From contig CP075496.1 of the NCBI GenBank assembly GCA_021613535.1, positions 124,001-188,000 of the forward strand: a stretch of DNA of 64,000 nt, written 5' to 3'. Source of the stretch: Adineta vaga. Its lineage: Eukaryota > Animalia > Rotifera. Under the pieces are notes generated by a model, which was given only the letters and a program-made list of their open reading frames with translations, was not told the origin of the DNA and ran no database searches. A program made the translations under genes and the position numbers. Of the stretch, positions 25,872 through 38,163 are shown one piece after another (position 1 is the first letter of the stretch; every line of letters starts with the position of its first letter).

Positions 25872-28221
25872 ATGGGTTGCAAAGAATCAAAACCGAATGT
25901 TATTGAACCGGTCATAGCTCCGTTAAGCGTACTCAATCCCCTCTCATCGTATGAATTAACTTCGGAAGCCTATCATTCAACATCGGTCGATGTCGGTAGT
26001 GCTACAGCAGAAACATCGTGTAAACTGATTACTGTTATAATTCAACCATGACTGAATATACTCTGCTTTTCTAGATCTGATATCCGGCAGTGAAATACAG
26101 GACGATCGGGATTCATTAGGCCGGAAGCCTTTGAAGTATGATCAGAAAAATCACGAAGATTTTGTCGTAGTCTGGCTTGGCGATTATCTCATTCCAATGG
26201 CCGGAAAGTTGAATGTAGGCATCGAAGAACTACAACGTATCGTTAATCATGTGGAGCTGTTTAACAGGTCCGAACCTTGTCTCCAGTTCTTGAGAGATAA
26301 TGTTAACGAGGAGAAAATATTTCTCATTGTGTCTGGCGAGCTCGGCCAAGAATTTGTTCTGCTAGTTCAACATCTTCCCCAACTTGCAGCCATCTACTTC
26401 TTCTGTGAGAGAAGGGAACCATATGAGACATGGGCCAGGTCGTTATCCATAGTACGAGGCGTTCACGACGATCTCGGACTTCTCTTTCAACATCTCTACA
26501 AAGACATGAACCTTTTGTCCAATAACTATCTAGACATTCAAGTCACTAGTTGCAACCTTGGAGCAAATGAAGGTCTAAACCGGCAAGATCCATCGTTTAT
26601 GTATGCTCAGCTACTGAAAGAAATTCTGCTCGACTTCCCAGCGATGGAAGAAAAGTACAGCAGGGAGGTAATGATCGCTTTCTGCAGAGAACAGTATCGA
26701 GACAACGCAAGTAAACTGCGCATTATCGATCTGTTTACAGCTAACTACGTCAAACGAGACGCCATTCTTTGGTATACAAAGGACGGTTTCCTCTTTCAAC
26801 TTTTGAACAAAGCCCTGCGATTGCAGGATGTCGATGTCTTGTTTAACATGCGATTTTATTTGAAGCATCTTCACCAGGAAATCGAGCGACAGCACAAACA
26901 GTGGCTCTTACTTCCTGCCAGTAAAACAACCACAAAGTTGGTGCTTTTTCGTGGCTTCAACGTTTCAGCAGAAGAATTTACTGCACTGAAGATTCAAAGA
27001 AGAAGTTTCCTCTCTGTCACAAGTTTTCTTTCTACTACTAGAGATAGAGATGTGGCTGCGATTTTCGCCGGACTGAGCACCACTGATCGAGCTGCTGTTC
27101 TTCTGGAAATTGAGATCGACGTCAGAAACTGCACTACTCCATTTATCGACATCACTGGACAGAGCCAGTTCGAGGATGAGAGAGAAACACTGTTTACTAT
27201 GGGTGCTATTTTCAGGATCCAGGCGATCCAGCAAGATAGCCACGGTTTGTGGAATGTAAAACTGAAATTGACTGGTGAAGAAGATGTGGAGCTCCGAGCT
27301 CTAACTGAACATATCAGAAAAGATGACAAAGAAGGCAACGTCATCGATCGCTTGGCAGCGTTGACGTTCAAAATGGGGAAGTATGAACAATCCGAGCGAT
27401 TTAGCCTGGTAATGCTTCGAGGTGTGGAGATGCTAGGAAATATAAAAGTGATTACTCATGCGCACAATAGCCTTGGCGTTATTTACGTTAAAACTAGACG
27501 ACATCAAAAGGCAATTTTTCATTTTAAGGCAGCACTCGCAGTTGCTTCAAAGCATAGATCTCCATATGACTGTCAGATTTCAACAATACTCACTAATCTG
27601 GGAATGGCCTATCACAAGCTAAAAGACTATGATAAAGCTTCATCGTGCTACAAAGAAAGTTTAACAATGGACTTAGCTGCGCCGACGCCAAATTACATAA
27701 GTATTGCACGAACCTACAACAATCTTGGGGGCCTGTTTGGTGAGCAACGGCGTATTGAGAATGCTATTCCAATGATTGAAAAGGCGCTGCAAATTCATCA
27801 AGAAGTGCTTCCTGCGAACCACCCATCTGTAGCAACTGGCTATTTTAACTTAGGGGCTCTCCACGGACAGAAAGCCGCTTATGAGCAGGCACTCACTTGT
27901 TATAACATAGCACTGTTTATGCAGCTGGCTGCCTTGCCATCAGATCACCCTGAACTAGCTAGAACTTATTTCGCAATGGCGAGAACGTTGGAGATTCAAG
28001 GTAAATATCGAGAAGCATTGGAGAACATGCAACTGGCACTCAACATCACCGAGACAAACCTCCCGCTTGATCATCCAGACTGCATTTATATGAATCAGTG
28101 GCTGATGATATTGTACGCCGAATGCATTGAACAAGCTGCAGGTCGTCCAAGTATAGATTCTCGAATAACTCGGGAGAACGAAGGTGATCAAGAGCCGGAA
28201 TACTTTCCAAATTTCTGTTAA
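25872..28221 (+). CDS. R-S-E clade ADP-ribosyltransferase + TPR protein with N-terminal MGCxxS acylation motif, 2 exons
   Basis: Exon 25872-26019 (MGCKESK...), intron 26020-26074 (phase 1). Then a receiver-like alpha/beta domain, AILWYT...LNKALR, LFRG, SFLSTT, QFEDERETLF, and kinesin-light-chain-type TPRs (LPANHPSVA). Confidence 0.88.
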
Positions 28222-28784
28222 CTTACTAAACTTAAAAAACATAGGTACATTACCGAACTACAGAATTTTCATATTTTTTGCACCGAATGGTTATAAGTTT
28301 AGCAGAAGAAAATTAGTTGGTGCTAATCCTGGAAAACATTTTTAGGATCAGCAGGGTTTAATAAATTGCCAGTTTTTGTACGAAACCTTCTGGGAGTTTT
28401 GTAGAACGATCGAAGGTTTGGTAGGTCATTAGATAAATCATGGGTGACTCCAAAAAACGTCTGAAAAGTTCACAATATGTTCACGTAACCTAAGTTTGGA
28501 AAAGTGGATCTAGAGCTCCAGCATTTTCATCCATTCTGGTGAGTTCTAGCGAATCTTGGTGAGCAAAGTAAACGCTACTAGGCTCTTACGTGATCCATTC
28601 CTAGGTAGTGGTAATAGTTCATTACTGGTCACCGTGCGAGATAAATTTGTCATTCCGACTTGCTTGTTAGAAAGTAATTATATTTTGAGAATGATGCGAT
28701 TCCAGAAAGTTTGATCCAAGTATTTTAAGATAGAGCAAGACAGCTTCGCAACCGTAGCAGGCTTGAAATGTCACTATTGACAGG

Positions 28785-28877
28785 TTAAGGGTGTGGGTAT
28801 GAGTGTGAGTTTGGTGGATGTGAGTGTATAGCTAATGTAATACTCACGCGGCCACCCACACCCACACCCACCCTCAA
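28785..28877. repeat. Telomere-like palindromic element
   Basis: TTAAGGGTGTGGG... core ATGTAATACTC ...CACCCACACCCACACCCACCCTCAA. Confidence 0.75.
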
Positions 28878-29040
28878 ATTCTCAAATTTTCACAGACGAA
28901 CGAAATCAATACTCCGAAAAATAGTAAATATTCGTTGTTCTTCTAAATTATACTGAATTTTGTTTCATAGAAAAGCTTTCCGAACTTAAGAGAATTATTA
29001 TATTCACATCTAGTGAGGTGAATTTATAAAATTTTTGTAG

Positions 29041-31201
29041 ATATTATAATATTATCTGTCGATGATAAGTCTTCAAATTTCTTATTGTTACGAAGTTAAA
29101 GAATTGTGTCAATAGCGATAATACACAGAGTTTACGAGCAATTATTAATTTTTTTAAATATTTTAATGATGTGGATGTATGTATAGATTATATTACCGAT
29201 ATAGAATGTGAGTTAGTTGTTCTCATCATCTATGATCATCCAAGTCATAAGAATTAATCAAATTAATACACCATATACCCCAGTTAACGGCAATATATTT
29301 ATGTGTGCCATAACAATGTTGATATCATTCGGTTCCAGAATTTTAAAAAGGTATTGTTGAACTCATTTAGTATCTATTTATTTTATTGACAAGAAAATAA
29401 AATGAGCACTCATAATTTTGCTTTTTTGCTAGATCAAACCCATCGTCACTGATTTTGGCACTTTAATTCAAAAAATCAATATGGATCAAAATGAAAGACA
29501 AAGCTCGGTCGATAGAGAAGCACCACTAAGAATTAACACATGTAATCCTAATGATCAGAATGAAGATGTATTAACAGAAAATGGGAATTTTATGTGGTTT
29601 CAGCTATATTTATTGATGTAATCATGCGCATGGAACGACCTTCGTCACCCTCAAAGATTGTTGAAAAATGTGCTAAATATCATAATATTAGTTTATCAGA
29701 TGCCGCCGATATAGTCATAGGAAATGCAATTCATATGGATCGTCAAATTATTGGTAAATTAGTAGAATTCATAAAACCAGAGTACGCTGATAACAAAATA
29801 CAGTTAGAGATAATCAATGATTTCTCAACAACATTTCATGACGCATTAAGGTGGTATGCAAGTGGAACATTTGTTCATCAAATTTTGAATAAAGCACTAC
29901 GTGAACAAAACATCGATATAATAATTTTATTTCGTCCTTTTATTAAATTTTTACATTCCAATTTAGAAAAGAATCGAAAGAACATTTTGGAATCTAGTAT
30001 GCGATTGTACCGTGGGCAAGCTATGTCAACTAAAGAATTAAACTTTTTGAAGAAAAGGAAAATTTTATCAATGAATTCATATTTATCTACATCAAGAAAT
30101 AAAGATGTTGCATTAGCTTTTGCTCGAAGTATACCTGTATCTAAACAATTACAAGCCGTTCTATTCGAAATTTATATTGAAAATACGAAACAATATGACA
30201 CAAAAGCTTTTGCTGATATATCAAATTTAAGTCAATTCAGAGAAGAAAGTGAGATTCTATTTGATTTAGGTACTATATTCGAAATCAATGATATTGAATA
30301 CAATCATTACGAAAATATTTGGAATATAAAATTGAAATTACTTGGTCAAAATGATGATAAATTACGAGATGTTTATAACTCAGTGAAGAATATTTTTCAA
30401 AAAGCTGTAACATTTCATTCATTAGGTGCTTTCTTATATATTAAGGGTGAATACGACAAAGCCGAAAAATATAGCTTAGAATATTTGAGTACATTTGATG
30501 AAACGACGAAGTATGAGAGTGCAGGAATTTTACATAATCTAGGAGCTATAACTAGTGCGAAGGGTGATTACGACAAAGCATTACATTATTATCAGCTATC
30601 CATCGATTATGAATTGATATCGAACTCTATTGATAATGCTAGTCTGGCTGAAACATATTCTGGCATTGGTTCAATTTGTTCTATTCAGGGTAAATATAAA
30701 TCTGCGGAGGAATTTTTTTCGAAAGCAATCGATTTAAAATTATAAGCGGTTGGACCAAATGATTTAACACTAGCGCATATCTATTTTCTCTTTGCACAAA
30801 ATTATTTGCAACAAAATAATCATGAGTTAGCAAGAGAATATTATGATAAATGCTTCTATATACGTAAATCTCAACTGCCAAAAGATCATTATCTACTAGC
30901 AGATGTAGAAATAGGTATCGGTCTTATTTATTACAAGCAAGACAAACTGAACGAAGCTTTGAAACTTTGCATGAACGGATTGAGAATAAAACAACAGTTG
31001 TTACCAACAGACCATCCTGATTTTATTACAAATCACTCAAATATTGGTCATATTTTCCTAGCACTTCAAAACTATGAATTAGCTTTTAGACATTATACAG
31101 AAGCGTACCGAATCTTAAAACAACAATCGGCACCAACGCATCATCTATTAGTTGCACTCGAAGAAAATATCAACTATGTGCAGCAACAGTTATATTCTTG
31201 A
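29041..31201 (+). pseudogene. Second ADP-ribosyltransferase-TPR paralog with premature stop
   Basis: ALRWY...LNKALR, LYRGQ, SYLSTS, QFREESEILF and TPRs. In-frame TAA at 30743-30745 lies between two same-frame ORFs. There is an apparent frameshift in the 5' receiver-like exon (~29250). The start was not located. Confidence 0.8.
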
Positions 31202-31421
31202 GGGTGTGGATGTGGGTGGGTAGATGTTATTATTTTGTGTATTTGTATGTATAGGTCGTGATAATAGGTTGAAAATGATTGGAAAAATAAAAGATGGAAA
31301 ATTCTCGAAAAAATTTGATTTCATAATTAGCTACATTATTATCTTATCATCATATTAGTTTTGTCATATATTTTCACTTAAATGTCTAACTTTTTCAACG
31401 AGTAAAACTTGTAAGTGTTCT

Positions 31422-33788
31422 TCATTCATCGTGCTCGCATTGAGTGGAACTATGGAAAAGTTTCGTTTGACTAGACGCGCTAGCTATCAGAAACTCTTTG
31501 TATTCATGACGTTGTGAAACAAGGAATTGTCGAAATAGATGATTCCGTATGAGTATATTAATTGCCATGAGTGATAACATTGGTGGTAACATCATAAAAG
31601 ATATAGTCAATGCTTGAAATCGCAGGTTCAAGGTCATTGGCGTTACAATTGTGACAGGACGAATAAATGGCAACCAGAAACAATGAAAGCTTTGACTCAA
31701 ATGGAATAGAATCGCATTTATATTAAATAGGAAAATGATGTAGAAACTAAGATAATATAATGATGCTGATGGAGATATGATTACAGATTCCATATCTTTG
31801 TTAAATGATGATAGTAAGAACTGAGACAGACAGATGGTAACATTTTTTAGACTAAATACAAGCCATATTGTCAAAGCAATAAGTCCAGTGACAAGAAATG
31901 AGCCAAAAATACAAATACCAATCATAAGAATATAAGCATCATGAGCAGAATTAAAGAGCGTGAGCTGCCATCGCCATTCATCAGTAGGTCGGTACATATT
32001 GGCAAAGATGACTAATAGTAAGATCATCATCAACAACCACCATATACTGATGATGGTCAATGCAAATATAAAAAAAGTTCGGTGTACACGTTGAATGTAA
32101 GTTGGTACATATTTGTATTCGCTAATGCTTCTCATTGAACGATGATCCAATAATAATCGTCTCCATCCGTTTGTCCATGCATATAAAACAGATCTTGGTA
32201 ATAATGCATACAGATCAAGAAAAGTTGATCGATGAAAAACGATGCATATTGTCAGAACACCAAAAATGGCAATGAAAAAACTAAAGAGAAAATTTCTTGT
32301 CATGATATGTGCGATGCGATGCGCTTTGGATACTTCAATGAGTGTAGAGAGTGCGTCAATGTTACTATTGAGTACGGTTATATTAGCAGTTGTTTCTATG
32401 GCATCAGAAAATAGTGAATCGTAATGTGACTTTAATGACGATTGATTCCATTGATTTAGCAGAGCTTTTACTAATGACTGCTTCTGTTTGTACAAATCAA
32501 AATATAAATGATACCATTTCGATGTCGATACGAGCGCAGAAATGATAGGAGAAATGAAAGATCCTTCACTTTGACGTGGTACTGGTACGCCCAAAAGAGC
32601 AGTAATAGTTGTAGCTATATCGACAGTGTCAAACGTGGAATAAACGGGTAATAAATTCTTCACAGAAGCCAAGTGAGAATCTTTCGCGTATACGACGAGA
32701 GGAACAATCTTTAAAACATGTGCATCACCGCCATGACCACCAGCATTGACATGTCCGTGATCACTTGTTATAATAAATACAGTGCGAGTCTGTGTCACTG
32801 CATCTAATGCAGTGATGGCATTGATACCTTCGCGAACGAACATTACCTTATCATCAATAGCTGATTGTGTCTGCGATGATTGAGCTCCAAATGAATGAGA
32901 TTCACCATCAATATCACCATAATATGATAAGAAAAAATCATAATCGAATTGAATAATATCAATCGATCCATTTGATCGGCGTACAACTGTTTGACTGTTA
33001 ATTGCAGCATGGAATCGTTGATTGTAAGCAATATCTTTATTACGATCACTATGACCATGTGTATAGAATGAATCGTCAAAATTGTTTGTTAATGTAGGAC
33101 TAGTACCATCTCCGTAGAATGGAGTCAGGTGACCATTCAATAGAATAGACCACCATGCATCACCACTAATTCCATTTTTCATTCCGACACTCGTGGATGA
33201 AGTAAAAATGGAATCTAATGTATAGGGTGTTAAATTATCATTGCCTATACGCCCATGTAATGATGGTCGAGCACCAGTGATGAGACTCTGCCAATTGGGA
33301 ACGGATACAGTTGGAAATTGAGTGGACATTTTTAATAATAATGAATCAGACGCAAACCATGTCGATGTTAACAATGCATTCAATGATGGATTCGTCTGAA
33401 TAGCATCAAAACGAAGACCATCCAAAATGAAATAGACTACTCGTGTGCGAATTTTATCATTCAAATTAAGACTCTGTGTACCGAAATATGTTTGAGTTGT
33501 ATTTCTATCGTTTAATGCATTGAGAAAGTCAATATTAAGATTAGGATCAGATCCAGAAGTGATCGCGTGTCGTTCTGATATACCATAAATAAATAACAGA
33601 AAGAAGAACAGAAATGTAACATACAATGTGTGACGTTGTTTTTCATGACGATGTAAAATCATTGATTCAACTGTATATGGTGGGCGACACAAACCTGCAG
33701 TATTCATTAGCGCTAACAACGCTATTGTTGATCCATCATAATGCATGCGAGTAATAGTATTCTTCTTCGATTCATTGTCTTTGGCCAT
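31422..33788 (-). CDS. Alkaline-phosphatase-superfamily membrane protein (GPI ethanolamine-phosphate-transferase / type I phosphodiesterase-like), intronless
   Basis: N-terminal TM, VVYFILDGLRFD, PTVSVPNW..LITG, DIDGESHSFG and ITSDHGH metal-site motifs, and several C-terminal TMs. Confidence 0.8.
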   Translation of the reverse strand: MAKDNESKKNTITRMHYDGSTIALLALMNTAGLCRPPYTVESMILHRHEKQRHTLYVTFLFFFLLFIYGISERHAITSGSDPNLNIDFLNALNDRNTTQTYFGTQSLNLNDKIRTRVVYFILDGLRFDAIQTNPSLNALLTSTWFASDSLLLKMSTQFPTVSVPNWQSLITGARPSLHGRIGNDNLTPYTLDSIFTSSTSVGMKNGISGDAWWSILLNGHLTPFYGDGTSPTLTNNFDDSFYTHGHSDRNKDIAYNQRFHAAINSQTVVRRSNGSIDIIQFDYDFFLSYYGDIDGESHSFGAQSSQTQSAIDDKVMFVREGINAITALDAVTQTRTVFIITSDHGHVNAGGHGGDAHVLKIVPLVVYAKDSHLASVKNLLPVYSTFDTVDIATTITALLGVPVPRQSEGSFISPIISALVSTSKWYHLYFDLYKQKQSLVKALLNQWNQSSLKSHYDSLFSDAIETTANITVLNSNIDALSTLIEVSKAHRIAHIMTRNFLFSFFIAIFGVLTICIVFHRSTFLDLYALLPRSVLYAWTNGWRRLLLDHRSMRSISEYKYVPTYIQRVHRTFFIFALTIISIWWLLMMILLLVIFANMYRPTDEWRWQLTLFNSAHDAYILMIGICIFGSFLVTGLIALTIWLVFSLKNVTICLSQFLLSSFNKDMESVIISPSASLYYLSFYIIFLFNINAILFHLSQSFHCFWLPFIRPVTIVTPMTLNLRFQALTISFMMLPPMLSLMAINILIRNHLFRQFLVSQRHEYKEFLIASASSQTKLFHSSTQCEHDE

Positions 33789-34169
33789 GAGTAAAGCACT
33801 GTTCTATCAATCAAAAGTGTTTGTCTAAAGAACGCAACAATCAAAGCAAATAAATCACCCTCAAGATGGAAACTTCTGAAGATACTGTTTGACGCTTTTT
33901 GTCCTACTAGCTTGGCGAATAATTCAAGAGAATGTCGTGTCGATGTATTTGTTTTACAAGTAACTGTTTTGTCAGCAAGTTAAGATAAGATAAACTACAT
34001 TCATCTATTATATACTTACAGATGCAGAATTTTTCAAGTAGTATCGTCCAATTAAACTATTATTATAGGATACATAACATCGTAAAAATATAAAGAATAA
34101 TTAAAATAAAAGGTTGTGAGTAAGATAGATATAAATACTCACATTCTTATTGTCAAATCTTTGTTGTAT

Positions 34170-34800
34170 CTAAATGCATCGTTTAAGAACATTGTCTTTA
34201 TATAATTGTGTCATATCACCTTGTCAATCATATTTAAAAACATAATACATAGTTATTTTATCTTTTGCAAATGATCTACCGACACCTAATTTTGTTGAAC
34301 TTTTCGAAATGATTTATTGATGACCAAATCTGGATTCGTCCAATTATAATATTTGTTTTCTCTATAAAAGTCATTGATTACATTTTGACCTGTAAATGAA
34401 AAGTATATTTATTCTGTTTGTTTTGTTAAAGATATTCAAAATGTAACTAACTTTGACGATTGAAATCAACATTGTTATAAAAAATATTAAACATTGTATC
34501 TGATTGATAAACAGGTGGGATACGATCTTCAATGAGTAAATTATCAGCAAGATCTCGAGCTATTTTATTAAGATTTGAATCTAATACTAAGTATGGTACA
34601 TAATGTTGTTTTTGTTTCTCATTATGACTATCTAAATCATCTAATTGAAATGCTAATTTTGAATTACCTACATTAACTCGATGTTCGGGTGCTAAATGAA
34701 ATAATTACGAAAAAGTCGATTGAACTGATAAAATCATTGACTTTACCAATACATAATCCAGAAGTGAAACTCTGCTAGTTGATATAGTTATTTATAGTTC
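34170..34800 (-). pseudogene. CAP/SCP (GAPR-1-like) domain pseudogene, not in the ORF track
   Basis: Spliced fragments read ...LDSNLNKIARDLADNL..., FYRE/KYYNWTNP and SSTKLGVGRSF...YYVFKYD*QG...YKDNVL, matching the CAP C-terminal pattern. It has frameshifts and a stop. Confidence 0.6.
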
Positions 34801-34960
34801 TATAATAAATGTGGAAACTCTCGGATTTAAATCCGAGTGTTATGTGTACTTCAAAAACTGATAAAAAATTATTCGTTTTGTTTATTATTATGATTTATCT
34901 TAGGTACAAAATGGCATCTCTTTCAAAACTAAAGATTCGTTTTCTCTAAAAGATATTAGA

Positions 34961-35181
34961 TTCTCTCGACTGTAAGGGTGGGGTTGTTGGGTGAGATCGT
35001 TTTATAGAAAAAAGTTATTATTTTGTTTTCGAAGGTTACTACACATTTCAGCAGTAACATTTGAGCGGTTTTCCCGTATGGTAAGTTGGTAGATCAATTC
35101 GTTTCACTATTGGGTCTAGCTAAAAATACCTGTTCTCCACAGTCGAGGGTTGAGTGAGTCGGCACGACGAGCGTTACTTGT
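34961..35181 (+). mobile_element. Short HINE/DINE-1-like Helentron derivative
   Basis: 5' TTCTCTCGACTGTAAGGG; 3' CAGTCGAGGG + GTCG-GCA-CGAC hairpin + GAGCGTTACTTGT. Confidence 0.7.
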
Positions 35182-35753
35182 GGTAACTTTATTTTAGCCG
35201 ATCATTTCTTTGTAGTTTAAACTTCGATTAAAGCCATTTTGCTGGGAATTAGACTAAGCCTGTCTGGAAAAGTATTGTAGCAAAAACCAATCATATATTT
35301 TGAAGAACATACTCTTAGCTGGAAACTGGAACATCTAACAACTCTTCTCGGTCTCTCACTCGTTTATTGTAAGATCAGCAAAAAGTACCGCACAGACGCG
35401 TTAGTCTTTCCGGCTGTTGAATGTGAGAAACTGTATTTTGATAATATCAATAGTATTAAAAAGTGAAATGAGACCACTAAATACATCTCACATTCTATAT
35501 AAATTACAGATATTATAATTTACTTGTGATTGCATATGACCGTGTATAATTTCAACAGATTTTTTTTCTCACGCAATACATGATGGAATTTTCCTACTTT
35601 TGAAAGAATTCAAAAAGAACTGACGTGCCATTACTTACATTTTGTGTATGACGATGTATGATGTAATGTCTTTTGCTTTATTCATAAATAAAAGGCACAT
35701 AAAGTAAACGTTATTCTTCAATATTTTATAGAGAAACAAGAATTACGTTAACA

Positions 35754-37421
35754 ATGTCGATAAAAACTTTCGAAAGTTTATCTGATGAACTCATTTTAAT
35801 GATAATGGAATATTCTGGTGATATTTCCAATGTTCTTCGAACATATTTTGGTTTAAATCAACATTTCAATAATATTATTTTTGATAATTATTCTTCTTTT
35901 ATGATTCGATTCTTACATATGATTGTACCTGACAAAGATATGAAGAACATTTCGAAATCTATTTTATGTCAACAATTCTTCAATAATTTATCACAAATGA
36001 AATCAACTAAAAATTATGCACATATAATTACATATCTACAAGGATTTCTCGAAGATCATCTTCAAGAAAAGTTTATTGAATTGGGTATACAATTTAAATC
36101 TAAAATGACCATTTTCAAATCTAATCACCAGACTGAAAAAGAAATACGTATAGCAATTCTTTGTTCAAAAATTCGTAAAGAATCGTATGATTTAACGAAT
36201 ATAAATGCTACTTCTGATAATAGATGGAAAAATTGTATTAATCTTCAAAAAAAAAAACTCATTAGCAATAATATATCAGATCCATTTTCTATTTCTGTAT
36301 CGATTATTTACGATAAACCATTGAAATCAAATAAATCTCCATTTGTTTATCATTTTATGAAAATATACAAAACATGGATAGTTTATGCTATCGATTATGT
36401 CGATAATCAATCTTATAATATTATTAATGGAACTCCACTTTACGATGGTTTTCGAGAAGTTCTTCGACAAATAAAATTTATCAAGTCGAATCAACAAAAA
36501 TACAATGCTCCATGGATTTGTCCCCGAGTGTTAATTGATACAATTATCTATTTTATCCAAGCTTTAATATATTTCTCAAATGAGAATCACTTGTCGGAAT
36601 CAAATTTGTGTCGTCTAATGAAAGAAATTTCTTCCGTAGAATGGATTATCCCTCAGGATCCATGGTTTGAAGTAATAATCAAACAAATAATAAAATTCAT
36701 TATTGATAATTACATAAAACAACTTCCAGGTCGAATTCAAACGAACTCATATGTAAGATCTCGCTTTATTTACTTTTTCAGACTATTGAGTCAATACAAT
36801 CGATTCAATGATCTCCTATTTTTCTATCAAAACTATTTCCTTCGAGAAACTAATGTAAAGGGGTTTCTTCGTATTTTTCTTAAAACACACGAAGGTCGAC
36901 ATTGCTTGGATAAATTTCTTGGGAACAAAATTCCCGATTCTTGGTTGATTAATCCAAAATGGTTATTCTATTTGGTTGAGAGAAATGAAAAAGAATTTCT
37001 CGAGAAAATATTACGAATCCATCCATCACTCAAAAAGACAATAGATGACGAAGGTAATGATCTCTTATTATATGCATGTTGCAAAGGAACTGGTCGTCGA
37101 TACTCTATGATTAAAGTTCTCATTGAAATTTTTGATATTTACTACAGACGCAATAAATATGGGCAAACATGGATGAATGCTTTAAAGATGAAACACAATA
37201 TAAACCTCTTTGAAGGACTGAAAAGAAATGGTATTATTAATCAAAACAGTTTTGAACATATACCCGATTTTCCTCAAATGTATCAACATTCATATTCAGA
37301 CAATGATCCATTTTCAAGAACAATACGACGAAAAATATGGAAATATACAGAAAATAAACCGACAAAGAATAAACGATACAGCAATAGAAAAAAAAAGAAG
37401 AATACAATCAAAAATGCTTGA
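35754..37421 (+). CDS. Uncharacterised protein with N-terminal F-box-like motif and C-terminal ankyrin-like repeats
   Basis: FESLSDELILMIMEY...LRTYFGLNQHFNNII is F-box-like. DDEGNDLLLYAC and RRNKYGQT are ankyrin-like turns. 555-aa open frame. Confidence 0.65.
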   Translation: MSIKTFESLSDELILMIMEYSGDISNVLRTYFGLNQHFNNIIFDNYSSFMIRFLHMIVPDKDMKNISKSILCQQFFNNLSQMKSTKNYAHIITYLQGFLEDHLQEKFIELGIQFKSKMTIFKSNHQTEKEIRIAILCSKIRKESYDLTNINATSDNRWKNCINLQKKKLISNNISDPFSISVSIIYDKPLKSNKSPFVYHFMKIYKTWIVYAIDYVDNQSYNIINGTPLYDGFREVLRQIKFIKSNQQKYNAPWICPRVLIDTIIYFIQALIYFSNENHLSESNLCRLMKEISSVEWIIPQDPWFEVIIKQIIKFIIDNYIKQLPGRIQTNSYVRSRFIYFFRLLSQYNRFNDLLFFYQNYFLRETNVKGFLRIFLKTHEGRHCLDKFLGNKIPDSWLINPKWLFYLVERNEKEFLEKILRIHPSLKKTIDDEGNDLLLYACCKGTGRRYSMIKVLIEIFDIYYRRNKYGQTWMNALKMKHNINLFEGLKRNGIINQNSFEHIPDFPQMYQHSYSDNDPFSRTIRRKIWKYTENKPTKNKRYSNRKKKKNTIKNA

Positions 37422-38163
37422 AAAAATTTATTTTCTATTATTTCAAAAAAGAATATCAGCAAAGTAAAGTCTCAAAGTTGCTATTCAATTTTTTTTATAA
37501 AGATTGTTAATAAAGATGGTTATTGAACATTTACAACATTAATTATTAGAGTATTTGAATGGAATTTCAACCATGATGTACAAAAGTTCTCTCAGATTTT
37601 AATGGAGAAAATCGCAAAGTACTACATTTTTTAAAGCGCTCACCTACGGTTTTTGCCGATTTTCTCTATCGAAACTAAATCAAAGCTTAAACAAAAATAC
37701 AGCCATTCGATTCCTCTTGATCAGGTGTATCCAACCACGAAAAAACTAATAGGAATTTTGAAAAGAGTCCCTTGTACTCTCATCTGCAGCACTACCAACT
37801 TAGATCTGTTATATTTCCAAAAAACCAAATTACTCTGAGCGGTATACAATAAATAACGCTCATGGAGTAATATAAGACACTTCATGGCGTTAAACTTAGA
37901 CGCGTTTGATCATTTTCATTGGTGAGACAAGAAACGCAACCGCGAGTAGCTAGTCGTTCGTCGGTCCCCCCTGTGGAGTACCCCTCCTAGTATATTTTCA
38001 ATTGTTTAGTAAACGTTTTTGTAATATCCTCCAATTAGTCGAGAGAATATAAAAGGATTTGTAACTGATTATCGTCTATGACGAAGAAATACCTATTACG
38101 AGATTATCGAGAGTGGGCAGCGAATAACTAGCCAAATTTCTCGATTTAAAATTGACACTCACT

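Noticed and set aside
26611-28242. Antisense ORFs over the ART-TPR gene
   Set aside because: By-products of the GC-richer sense-strand coding sequence.
37960-37992. GGAG-TACCC-CTCC-TAGT, a possible Helitron 3' end (a similar CTAGT end at ~43215)
   Set aside because: No matching 5' TC end or second copy was identified.
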